DNA from: Bdellovibrionia bacterium
GTDB lineage: Bacteria; Bdellovibrionota; Bdellovibrionia; Bdellovibrionales; UBA1609
NCBI GenBank assembly: GCA_030432925.1
Contig: JAUILT010000002.1
Coordinates: 956-64,955, forward strand
Direction: 5' to 3'
Length of the DNA stretch: 64,000 nt
Position numbers and translations under genes: made by a program. The notes beneath the pieces are model-generated. The model was not told where the DNA came from. It searched no databases and worked only from the letters and a program-made list of their open reading frames with translations. The stretch's first letter is position 1. Each line of letters begins with the position of its first letter. This document shows positions 56,041 to 64,000 of the stretch, in pieces.

Positions 56041-57213
56041 ATGGCTAAGAGAACTTCACCTATAAGAGTCCGAAAGCTAGACAAAAATATTCCAAAGTTG
56101 GCAAATGATATCTGTAATCAGATGCTCACCGATCTAGAAAACGCCAAGCGCCCAGTGATTGAGGCTGTGAAGTGTTCGTTGGACAACTCTAACTACAGTC
56201 CTAAGGTGGGGTATTTCACCCCAGGAGATAAGCGTGTCCGTTCGGAATTGAATGTATCTTCTGTACAAAAGTTGGCTCGTACAGTTTTCATGTTGAATAT
56301 TCTTTTGAAAAACTTGAAGTCGGGTGCTGTAAACACAAAACGTGAACTTTACTATATTAGCAAAGGCTTTATGAAGTCTGACGCTTTTTATAAACCTCTG
56401 GACTTTGAGGATCAGGCAGAAAGCGACGGTGTTGTGGAGTTTATCTGCGATTTTATGGAAGTATATCGTGAGGAGCTTAACTGCTTTGCCGGGGACCGGG
56501 GAGGACAGACTTACTCTAAAAACCTGATTGTAACTGAAACACTGGAGGATGGCACCAAGGCTGTTGTGGACTTGAGTACTCTGGGAACGACACCTTTTCA
56601 GCCAAAAAACAAACCTCAGTCCTTTCAGTTGAAGAAAAAAGGAAAGATTGATTTCTGTTTGGTTGTTGAGTCAGAAGGTACAGCCAACACTCTGGTCGCC
56701 AATGGAATCACTAAGCGCCACAAGTGTATTGTGATGGGTGCCCAAGGGGTACCTAGTAATGGGGTCCGTGGCTGGTGTAAAACCATTCAAGAACAGCTAA
56801 AAGTACCCATTTATTTTTATGGTGATTTGGATGCCTACACTATGCAAAATATTTTTCGTACTCTAAAAGCCGGTTCAGCAGCTAGTCTGATCCGTAACTC
56901 GGATTTTTCGGCTCCTGATGTAAAGTTTTTGGGAGTATTGCCTGAAGATGTCAAAAAATATGATCTGCACTGTTACTCGGTTGGAGAAAAGGACGCTTCT
57001 GAAGCAAGGTCTTTAAAAAAAGCCAAAGATGTGCTGGCCAATGACCCGTTCTTTAAAGACAAAAAGAATAAGGACTTGGCAGCCATTTTAAAATGGCTGG
57101 TCAAAGAGAAGAAGCGTTGTGAACAACAGTCTGTATTTTCCGTGGACCCTAAGAATCCAAGAATTCTTGAAGAGATCATTGTCGACAAAATCAAAAAAGG
57201 ATCCTACGTTTGA
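56041..57213 (+). CDS. top6A: DNA topoisomerase VI subunit A (Spo11-type)
   Basis: Winged-helix 5Y-CAP region with NTKRELYYISK (catalytic-Tyr motif R-E/D-x-Y-Y) and Toprim motifs LVVESEG and YGDLDAY (DxD). 390 aa, 12 nt after top6B. Confidence 0.8.
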   Translation: MAKRTSPIRVRKLDKNIPKLANDICNQMLTDLENAKRPVIEAVKCSLDNSNYSPKVGYFTPGDKRVRSELNVSSVQKLARTVFMLNILLKNLKSGAVNTKRELYYISKGFMKSDAFYKPLDFEDQAESDGVVEFICDFMEVYREELNCFAGDRGGQTYSKNLIVTETLEDGTKAVVDLSTLGTTPFQPKNKPQSFQLKKKGKIDFCLVVESEGTANTLVANGITKRHKCIVMGAQGVPSNGVRGWCKTIQEQLKVPIYFYGDLDAYTMQNIFRTLKAGSAASLIRNSDFSAPDVKFLGVLPEDVKKYDLHCYSVGEKDASEARSLKKAKDVLANDPFFKDKKNKDLAAILKWLVKEKKRCEQQSVFSVDPKNPRILEEIIVDKIKKGSYV

Positions 57214-57263
57214 TCAAGGAAAATTCATTCAGCCCATTTGTGGGTGTTGGATGCCGTGAGAAC

Positions 57264-57707
57264 TCACCAATCCATCCAATCCACACGAAAGGCCACCCCT
57301 TCTTGGGTAGTGACATTGATAAGAAAAATAATCTTTGCCTGGTAGAAGTCATCAGAGAGTGGGTCAATATTCTCGTCAACGCAGAGGTGAACCTCAGAGT
57401 CTTCACTCAACCATGCATTGATTTTTTTCCGTTCAGGAGTTGTGAGCCAGGACTCACCAAGTTGTAGAACCTGCTGCTCGAGGTAGTTCAAAACTACATC
57501 TCCATTAGCTTTTCCACACTTGAGAGCGTTTTTTCTTTTGTTATACTCTTCTCCAGCATTTAAAAACGCATGCTCGATTGTTGTGTCAAAAGAGAGGGCC
57601 TGATCTAGAGCTTGAACAGCCTGCTTGAACGTTTTTGAGGGTTCATTGGCAAGAGCAGAAATTGAAGTGACGGTAAGAATAAGTCCTAAAAGTAAGTTTT
57701 TAAACAT
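57264..57707 (-). CDS. hypothetical secreted protein
   Basis: Signal peptide MFKNLLLGLILTVTSISALA. The mature part looks helical. No recognisable domain. Confidence 0.45.
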   Translation of the reverse strand: MFKNLLLGLILTVTSISALANEPSKTFKQAVQALDQALSFDTTIEHAFLNAGEEYNKRKNALKCGKANGDVVLNYLEQQVLQLGESWLTTPERKKINAWLSEDSEVHLCVDENIDPLSDDFYQAKIIFLINVTTQEGVAFRVDWMDW

Positions 57708-57820
57708 GGGGCGTGAACTCCTTAGAAATATTTAGGCCTCTGCTTATACCATAAAACTTGATGAGGCTGAGCCCTCGTGAAAAGAATATATACCAACTCA
57801 ATCCCAAAAATCCTTAAAAA

Positions 57821-57839
57821 TTCAAACCAGATCGGTATA
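57821..57839. repeat. 19-nt motif TTCAAACCAGATCGGTATA (copy 2)
   Basis: Exact copy of 38258-38276. Confidence 0.6.
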
Positions 57840-57867
57840 AAAAAAGCCACACTTATCAGGTGTGGCT
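57839..57867 (-). terminator. rho-independent terminator of the OMP gene
   Basis: On the - strand: 8-bp stem AGCCACAC/GTGTGGCT with a 7-nt loop, followed by TTTTTTT. Confidence 0.7.
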
Positions 57868-57896
57868 TTAAAAGTTTAATAATTACAATTGGTTGG

Positions 57897-58433
57897 TTAC
57901 AGGCTCAGGGGCAGGCTGACATTGATTGTGTAGTATTCTGTTTCTCGCTTGGTATTGAGGGTGTTGCCGTTCAGCTCATCGTAGGATGCCGTGGACATTT
58001 CAAAGTTGATAGCCACAAATGGTAGACCTGTATAACCAACTCCCAATTTTAGACCGGTGCCTTCATATTTATTGCTGTTAGCCTCATCAGCCTTGGCGTT
58101 GAACATATAGGTTCCATACACTCGTAGCAAAATGGGAAATTCGAACCCCAGAGCAAGTCCCATATTGGTTTGATCAAAATCAACTTCTGGAGAAGAGTCT
58201 AAAGTCATAGAGCCTTGTTCATATTCACCGGCAATAAAAAACCCCATCATGCCATAGCCCAGCCGGGCTCCCAAGTGAGGTCCTCCAGAGTAGTCTGTGG
58301 AGGTGGATCCATCTTTCCAGTCTCCACTGAGGGAGTATCCAAGAAAAGGCTCCACATGAATTCCAGCCTGAGCTGCTTGGCAAAAACCCACAACTGTGGC
58401 GGCGGCAAGTAGTAAACTTTTGAAGGATCTCAT
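57897..58433 (-). CDS. small outer-membrane beta-barrel protein
   Basis: Signal peptide MRSFKSLLLAAATVVGFCQAAQA and alternating Gly/Tyr-rich beta-strand pattern. 178 aa. Confidence 0.55.
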   Translation of the reverse strand: MRSFKSLLLAAATVVGFCQAAQAGIHVEPFLGYSLSGDWKDGSTSTDYSGGPHLGARLGYGMMGFFIAGEYEQGSMTLDSSPEVDFDQTNMGLALGFEFPILLRVYGTYMFNAKADEANSNKYEGTGLKLGVGYTGLPFVAINFEMSTASYDELNGNTLNTKRETEYYTINVSLPLSL

Positions 58434-58685
58434 CCTCTTTCTCCTTTGTTTGTGGCTGTGATGATGAGACCCGACTTATGTCATGTCCGGTGAATCATCC
58501 GCCTATTTTTTGACTTTTAAAGAGTCCCAAGCTGCTGAAATAAGGTCAACTTTTGTTTCAAAAATATCACACCCCTTAATGAAACCGTATTGATGCAAAA
58601 AGCCACCTATTGCGCTCCATGGCATATGCGAGTAATTTTCATTCTGCACACATATACATAACTGAATAGACAGGAGTGGCTGCCC

Positions 58686-60944
58686 ATGGCTCAGATCGAA
58701 ACCACACCAGACATGGTGGAACGTGTTTACAAAAAAACCCAAGATAACTTGAAAATCATTCGTGAAAGACTGGGGCGCCCTCTAACTCTGGCTGAAAAAA
58801 CGGTCTACGGTCACCTGGTGGATCCAAAACATCAGGATCTAACACGGGGGGAGAGTTTTTTAGAGTTGGCTCCAGATCGAGTGGCCATGCAGGATGCCAC
58901 AGCTCAAATGGCAGTGCTTCAATTTATGTTGGCGGGAAAAGATGAGGCCGCAGTACCTAGTACCATTCACTGTGATCACCTAATCCGTGCTTATGAAGGT
59001 ATGGATGAAGATATGAAAATAGCCATGGATGAAAATAAAGAGGTCTTTGATTTTCTAGCATCGGCAGGAAGCCGCTACAACATGGGATTTTGGAAACCTG
59101 GGGCGGGGATTATTCATCAGGTGGTTTTAGAAAACTATGCCTTTCCTGGAGGAATGATGATCGGAACAGACTCTCACACTCCTAATGCCGGTGGACTTGG
59201 AATGTGTGCCGTGGGTGTGGGAGGTGCTGATGCCAGTGATGTGATGGCTGGCTTGAATTGGGAAGTAAAAAACCCCAAACTGATTGGTGTGCACTTGAAA
59301 GGAAAAATTCAAGGGTGGGCCTCTCCCAAGGATGTGATTATCAAACTTTGTGGAATACTGACTGTCAAAGGTGGAACCAACAAAATTGTGGAATATTTTG
59401 GAGAGGGAGTGAAGTCCTTAAGTTGTACAGGAAAAGGCACTATCACCAATATGGGGGCTGAGTTGGGAGCCACGACCTCTATTTTTCCTTATGATGAAAA
59501 AATGCAGGCCTTTTTGAGCGCTACAAAACGCGCTGACCTTGCAGCATTGGCAAACAAGTATAAAGACATTCTTGTGGCTGACCCAGAAGTAGAGAAAGAT
59601 CCTTCCAAATATTATGACGAGGTGATTGAAATTGATTTGGAGACCTTAGAGCCTCATATAACGGGCCCCCACTCACCAGACGCAGCAAGACCTATCAGTG
59701 AGATGAAGCAGGCTGTAAAAGACAACGGTTGGGTTCAGGACCTGTCAGCAGCACTGATTGGATCTTGTACAAACTCCTCTTATGAAGACATTGGTCGCGC
59801 CACTCATGTAGCTAAGCAGGTTTTGGATGCTGGTGGTAAAATGCCTCAACAATTTTTGGTGTCGCCAGGCTCTTCACAGATCAAGAAAACCATTGAGCGT
59901 GATGGACAGATGAAAATTCTAGATGATGTGGGAGCTACGGTGCTTTCCAATGCTTGCGGCCCTTGTATTGGGCAATGGAAGCGAGATGACTTTAAAAAAG
60001 GTCAGGTGAATACGATTATTAATTCCTTTAACAGAAATTTCCGTGGGCGAAATGATGCCAACCCAGAAACACTGTCATTTATTGCTAGCCCCGAAATCAC
60101 TATGGCCGTGGGTCTTTCTGGTAAGATTGATTTTAATCCGGTGACAGATGAGATTCCACTGACCAACGGAAAAACCATAAAGCTACAGGCACCGACAGCA
60201 CCAGAGCTTCCTGAAAGTGGTTATGTGGCCGATCCTAATGCTTATCAGGCTCCGGCAGGAACAGGTACTGAAGTGCAGGTCGCTTCGGGCTCAGAACGTC
60301 TTCAGCTGTTGGAGCCCTTCAAACCTTGGGATGGCAATGATATGGCAGATATGGTGATTTTGTTTAAAGCTGCAGGAAAATGCACTACAGATCATATTTC
60401 TCCGGCGGGGCCTTGGTTGAAGTATCGAGGGCACTTAGATAATATTTCTGCAAATATGCTTTTGGGCGGACACAATGAATTTACTAGCGAGCCTGGAACG
60501 GCCACCAACGTTCAGACGGGAGAAACCCAACAGCCCCATGAAGTGGCGAGAGAGTATAAGGCCAAGGGGCAGCCATGGGTGATCTTTGGTGATGACAACT
60601 ATGGGGAGGGGTCCAGCCGTGAACATGCAGCTATGAGCCCTCGATTTTTAGGGTGTGCTTTGGTGATGGTAAAATCCTTTGCTCGGATTCATGAGACCAA
60701 TTTAAAAAAACAAGGGGTGTTGGCGCTGACTTTTGCTGATCCTTCTGACTACTCCAAAGTGAAGGCTTCTGACAGAGTGGCCGTTGAGGGGTTGAAAGGC
60801 TTTGCTCCTGGAAAAGCTCTGACGGTGGTTTTGACCCATGAAGATGGTTCACAGGACAAGATTACAGCCAATCATACCTTTAATGCTGACCAGATCGAGT
60901 GGTTTAAGGCTGGTTCTGCATTGAACAAGTTGAGGTCAGTATAG
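58686..60944 (+). CDS. aconitate hydratase (mitochondrial-type, ~750 aa)
   Basis: Fe-S ligand motifs IGTDSHTPNAGG, GSCTNSSYED, NACGPCIGQW and NRNFRGRND. 752 aa. Confidence 0.92.
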   Translation: MAQIETTPDMVERVYKKTQDNLKIIRERLGRPLTLAEKTVYGHLVDPKHQDLTRGESFLELAPDRVAMQDATAQMAVLQFMLAGKDEAAVPSTIHCDHLIRAYEGMDEDMKIAMDENKEVFDFLASAGSRYNMGFWKPGAGIIHQVVLENYAFPGGMMIGTDSHTPNAGGLGMCAVGVGGADASDVMAGLNWEVKNPKLIGVHLKGKIQGWASPKDVIIKLCGILTVKGGTNKIVEYFGEGVKSLSCTGKGTITNMGAELGATTSIFPYDEKMQAFLSATKRADLAALANKYKDILVADPEVEKDPSKYYDEVIEIDLETLEPHITGPHSPDAARPISEMKQAVKDNGWVQDLSAALIGSCTNSSYEDIGRATHVAKQVLDAGGKMPQQFLVSPGSSQIKKTIERDGQMKILDDVGATVLSNACGPCIGQWKRDDFKKGQVNTIINSFNRNFRGRNDANPETLSFIASPEITMAVGLSGKIDFNPVTDEIPLTNGKTIKLQAPTAPELPESGYVADPNAYQAPAGTGTEVQVASGSERLQLLEPFKPWDGNDMADMVILFKAAGKCTTDHISPAGPWLKYRGHLDNISANMLLGGHNEFTSEPGTATNVQTGETQQPHEVAREYKAKGQPWVIFGDDNYGEGSSREHAAMSPRFLGCALVMVKSFARIHETNLKKQGVLALTFADPSDYSKVKASDRVAVEGLKGFAPGKALTVVLTHEDGSQDKITANHTFNADQIEWFKAGSALNKLRSV

Positions 60945-60956
60945 CGCCCCCTCAAC

Positions 60957-63626
60957 TCACATGCTGAATTTTTTAGAACGGGCCAGCTCTATGGCTTTTC
61001 GGCAGCGTTCATACTGTTGATTATGAATCTTCAGTTGTTTCACAACAGTGGGCTTCATGTCGGGATGAGATTTAATAAACTCCTCCAGTTTTCGGTTTTC
61101 TGGGTTCTGACATTCATCCGGGGTCAGTGCGGTGAATGTCCGGGCTTTGTGAGTTTCTTTTCCAGCGCCAAGTGTTTTCATGTGATTATAAAATTCTCCA
61201 GAAAACTTTTTGCGGAATTCAGATTGGTGTGTAGGGAAAAGGCTATAAATAGCACTTCTTAACACTGCAAAGCTCTCAGCAGAACTCTTATCTGTAAATT
61301 TTTTGATCCACTCTTGCTTTTTATTCCAGTTTGGAAGAGCTGCCTCAGAGGAAACTCTGGAAAGCTGTCCTTGATGGGAGGTGTCTCTTTGGGCTTCTCG
61401 TCGGATCAAAGATTTGACCGAAGGATACCCTCTTGACGACAGTGTATAGATGATACTCCACCTTTTGTCTTGATCTATTTTCAGTCCACGAAAACGAATG
61501 CCACCATCTAGAATACGTCGAAGTCTCTTCAACACTAAGGGAGATTCAGCCACTTTAACAAAACCATCAAAAAATATTTTTTGCTGTTCAGAGCCAGGTT
61601 TTGCCAGTTTTAGTCGTCGCCAGATCAGACTCTCTGTGCGATCGACAAATTTTTTGTAGGACCGAGATGCTCCTCCCTCTTTGATCAGGTAATAACCAAT
61701 CACTGAAGGTTTATAAGAACCCGACAGGCGTTGGATCATTTCTCTCAGTATAAAGGGGTCCTTTTCATTGCGCAGGCTTCCTGTGAGGAGAATATCTCCA
61801 AAGGCCTCAAAGCTCAATTTAGCGTAGACAACCATGTCCCATAGAGAACTCCAAAAGAGGTTTCTGAGAAAAGGGTCTTTTACATTGGATATTCCGTGCT
61901 TGAGGTGTCCCAAAGAGATGGGGTCTAATTTTATGTTCACATAGGCATGGTCCCCGTAGTTGGGAAAAACAATTTTTGGGCAAGGGAGGCCAACAGCCTC
62001 AGATACATTGGCTGAAGCTGTTGAAATATAGACTTTTAAAATATGTTCTACAAAAAATTCTTGCTGTTTCTGATTGAGCAAAGCTACTTGCAGTGCATGG
62101 GGGCGGGTATGAGGATGCTCCGGAGCTGAGCTTTGAGTCAGCGTTAGTTTTGTGATCTTGTTTTTGTCGCAGACAAAGTCCGCATTGATAGTATTAACAC
62201 CTGATGTTTGTAGCCAGAGCTTTTGCCATTCAACTAAATTTTTGTTTGTGGTGGCATCCATGGCAGCTATAAAGTCTTTTAACTCCGTATTTCCACCAGC
62301 ATGTTTTTTGAAATAAGCACGGGTTCCCTGTTTGAAGTTATCCTCACCAATATAGTAGGCCAGTTGTTTCAGGGAGGAGGCTCCTTTGCCGTAAGTAATG
62401 CCATCAAAATTAGCCATGGCTTGTTGAGTATTAGGAACATTGGCTTCAATGGGATGTGTGGTGACCAGTTGATCTTCCCAATAGGCCCAGCGCTTAGTTC
62501 TATTAAAACCAACCCAGGCTTTGTCTTTGAACTCTCCGGTACTAGACAAAGCCAGGTGAGCCATATAGGTGGCAAAACTTTCATTCAACCACAGGTCATC
62601 CCACCACGTCATAGTGACTAGGTTACCAAACCACATATGAGCCATTTCGTGCAAAATAACCATGCTCAGGCTCATACGCTCTTGTTCAGACTTTTCTCCT
62701 CGAGAGACAAATCGCTCTGAAAATGTCACCGCTCCCACGTTTTCCATGGCACCGGCATTGAATTCTGGAACAATGATCTGATCATATTTAATATAGGGGT
62801 AGTTAATGGCAAAGTATTCATTAAAAAACTCAAAGCCTTCGCGGGTAAATTGGAACCAATCATTGCTTTTTACATATTTTGCAAGACTTTGACGGGCAAA
62901 AAGGCGCAGTGGAATGTCATTGGCTTTGTCCTCCCACACATGGTACTCACCCGCATGCAGCGACCAAATATAAGTAGAAAACCGAGCACTTTGAGGAAAT
63001 GACCAGAGGTCATGGTCCTTTTCTTTTTTAACTTCAGACTCTCTAACTGAGGTGATAACACTCCAGTTTTTTGGGGCTTTCACAGTCATTTTATAAGTGG
63101 CTTTGATATTGGGCTGGTCAAACACTGGAAATACGTTGTTGGCGTCAAATGGCTCGAGATCTGTGAATAGGTATCTTTTTTTATCGTCAGGATCGATAAA
63201 TTGATGCAATCCAGAGCCGTTTTTTGAGTACTTATGAATAAATTCAACAACCAGTGTGGTAGTACCGGTTTTTAAGTGTTTTTTGTCAATCCAGATAAAG
63301 TGGTTGTTATAAGTATAGGGAACAGGCACTGAATTCAAGGAGACATTTTTGACAATTCCATCAAAGAAGTCCACCCTTAGGCCATTGTAGGTTTTCAGTA
63401 GTTCAAAAGTTGTTGTGACCCGACCTTGAAAGTTTTCAGGGGAGGTCAAGTCGAAGTAGAGGTTGTAACGAGTTTCAGCGACCTGACGGGCTCGATATTC
63501 AGCTTCCGTTTTAGAAAGGTCTGCAGGAGCATTAGGGGCCATGGTTGGTGGCATTGGGACTGAGGCACAGTTGCTGAGCGTAAAAAGAAGAGACAGTGAC
63601 ATTAAAGTCAGAGTGATGTATTTCAT
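60957..63626 (-). CDS. pepN: aminopeptidase N (M1 family), secreted/lipoprotein form
   Basis: GAMEN exopeptidase motif (AGAMENVG) and HEMAHMWFGNLVT..WLNESFA zinc site. N-terminal signal with LSNC lipobox-like sequence. Confidence 0.9.
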   Translation of the reverse strand: MKYITLTLMSLSLLFTLSNCASVPMPPTMAPNAPADLSKTEAEYRARQVAETRYNLYFDLTSPENFQGRVTTTFELLKTYNGLRVDFFDGIVKNVSLNSVPVPYTYNNHFIWIDKKHLKTGTTTLVVEFIHKYSKNGSGLHQFIDPDDKKRYLFTDLEPFDANNVFPVFDQPNIKATYKMTVKAPKNWSVITSVRESEVKKEKDHDLWSFPQSARFSTYIWSLHAGEYHVWEDKANDIPLRLFARQSLAKYVKSNDWFQFTREGFEFFNEYFAINYPYIKYDQIIVPEFNAGAMENVGAVTFSERFVSRGEKSEQERMSLSMVILHEMAHMWFGNLVTMTWWDDLWLNESFATYMAHLALSSTGEFKDKAWVGFNRTKRWAYWEDQLVTTHPIEANVPNTQQAMANFDGITYGKGASSLKQLAYYIGEDNFKQGTRAYFKKHAGGNTELKDFIAAMDATTNKNLVEWQKLWLQTSGVNTINADFVCDKNKITKLTLTQSSAPEHPHTRPHALQVALLNQKQQEFFVEHILKVYISTASANVSEAVGLPCPKIVFPNYGDHAYVNIKLDPISLGHLKHGISNVKDPFLRNLFWSSLWDMVVYAKLSFEAFGDILLTGSLRNEKDPFILREMIQRLSGSYKPSVIGYYLIKEGGASRSYKKFVDRTESLIWRRLKLAKPGSEQQKIFFDGFVKVAESPLVLKRLRRILDGGIRFRGLKIDQDKRWSIIYTLSSRGYPSVKSLIRREAQRDTSHQGQLSRVSSEAALPNWNKKQEWIKKFTDKSSAESFAVLRSAIYSLFPTHQSEFRKKFSGEFYNHMKTLGAGKETHKARTFTALTPDECQNPENRKLEEFIKSHPDMKPTVVKQLKIHNQQYERCRKAIELARSKKFSM

Positions 63627-63667
63627 AAAAAAACCTCCGCGGTAGAAATACTGGTATATCGGCGGAT

Positions 63668-64000
63668 CTATTGTGAGTCCAGTGGGAACAGGTACTCAGT
63701 GATAACCTGCCCATCGCGTTGAACTGTATAGAGTTCTATAACATCGGGTCTCAGAGCCACTCTTTGTTTATCGGCAAACTCCCTGACTTTAGGGTATACC
63801 TTCATGGGACCAATGGCAGGCGAACCCTGAAAGCGAGAATAAATGACTTTGTTTAAAGAAAAAACTTGGGTGAACCATTGAGGTGGTTCAGAGTTTTTGA
63901 GTTGTTGTTGGTTTTCTTTAGAAATGACACATCCAATATGGCTCCTGAGCCGATCAGCATCGACTACAGCAGGGTCATCGAGAAAATGGCCAAATGTCTT
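63668..64000 (-). CDS. partial CDS (C-terminal 110 aa), possibly GyrI-like/effector-binding domain
   Basis: The frame is open from the window edge to TAG at 63668-63670 (...EFADKQRVALRPDVIELYTVQRDGQVITEYLFPLDSQ*). Not in the ORF track because the start lies outside the window. Domain guess is weak. Confidence 0.4.
   Translation of the reverse strand, partial: KTFGHFLDDPAVVDADRLRSHIGCVISKENQQQLKNSEPPQWFTQVFSLNKVIYSRFQGSPAIGPMKVYPKVREFADKQRVALRPDVIELYTVQRDGQVITEYLFPLDSQ

Noticed and set aside
53832-57213. HNH plus Topo VI as a mobile or anti-phage island.
   Set aside because: Composition matches the surrounding core genes. The flanks are grxD-bolA and aconitase. No recombinase, repeats or tRNA are nearby.
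1-64000. A CRISPR array, rRNA genes, or retron/DGR-type reverse-transcriptase systems.
   Set aside because: There are no regularly spaced direct repeats with unique spacers. There is no rRNA-like conserved sequence and no reverse-transcriptase motif (YxDD) in any ORF.

Overview
This is a chromosomal segment from a Gram-negative bacterium. Gene content (pilB-pilT-pilC-pilS-pilR order, MipA, AmpG, GT9 heptosyltransferases, many sigma54-type regulators) suggests a Bdellovibrionota/Oligoflexia-like organism, but that is inference only.

The window has three parts.

(1) 1-18.8 kb, core. It holds a secreted propeller-like lipoprotein, two GT9 glycosyltransferases, a CHASE2 kinase with an NtrC-type regulator, ribF, the type IV pilus cluster pilBTCSR, and a MAPEG plus catalase-like gene pair.

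(2) 18.8-34.45 kb, a visibly AT-richer accessory region next to a tRNA-Arg(TCT). It looks like a tandem array of integrative elements. The array is delimited by three copies of the 10-nt tRNA 3' end (TGGCACGCCC on the + strand). It carries a tyrosine integrase with an Xis-like gene, a frameshift-split second tyrosine recombinase, and a large serine recombinase whose ORF runs into the tRNA. It also holds small regulators, small secreted cargo proteins, gene and IS fragments, and two ORF-free regions that look structured. A 5'-half pseudo-copy of the tRNA lies 97 nt further on.

(3) 34.5-64 kb, core. Genes are nhaA, folE, mipA, ampG, korAB, plsC-cdsA, serA, an FAD-linked oxidase, an Hpt/HK/RR/RR phosphorelay, grxD-bolA, HNH plus a bacterial topoisomerase VI B/A operon, aconitase and pepN.

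No rRNA gene or CRISPR array was seen. I did not recognise any named defence system. The most unusual items are the tRNA-linked element array and its non-coding regions, the bacterial Topo VI with a lysine-rich tail, and the MAPEG/catalase-like pair. All family assignments are motif recognition by eye, with no searches run.
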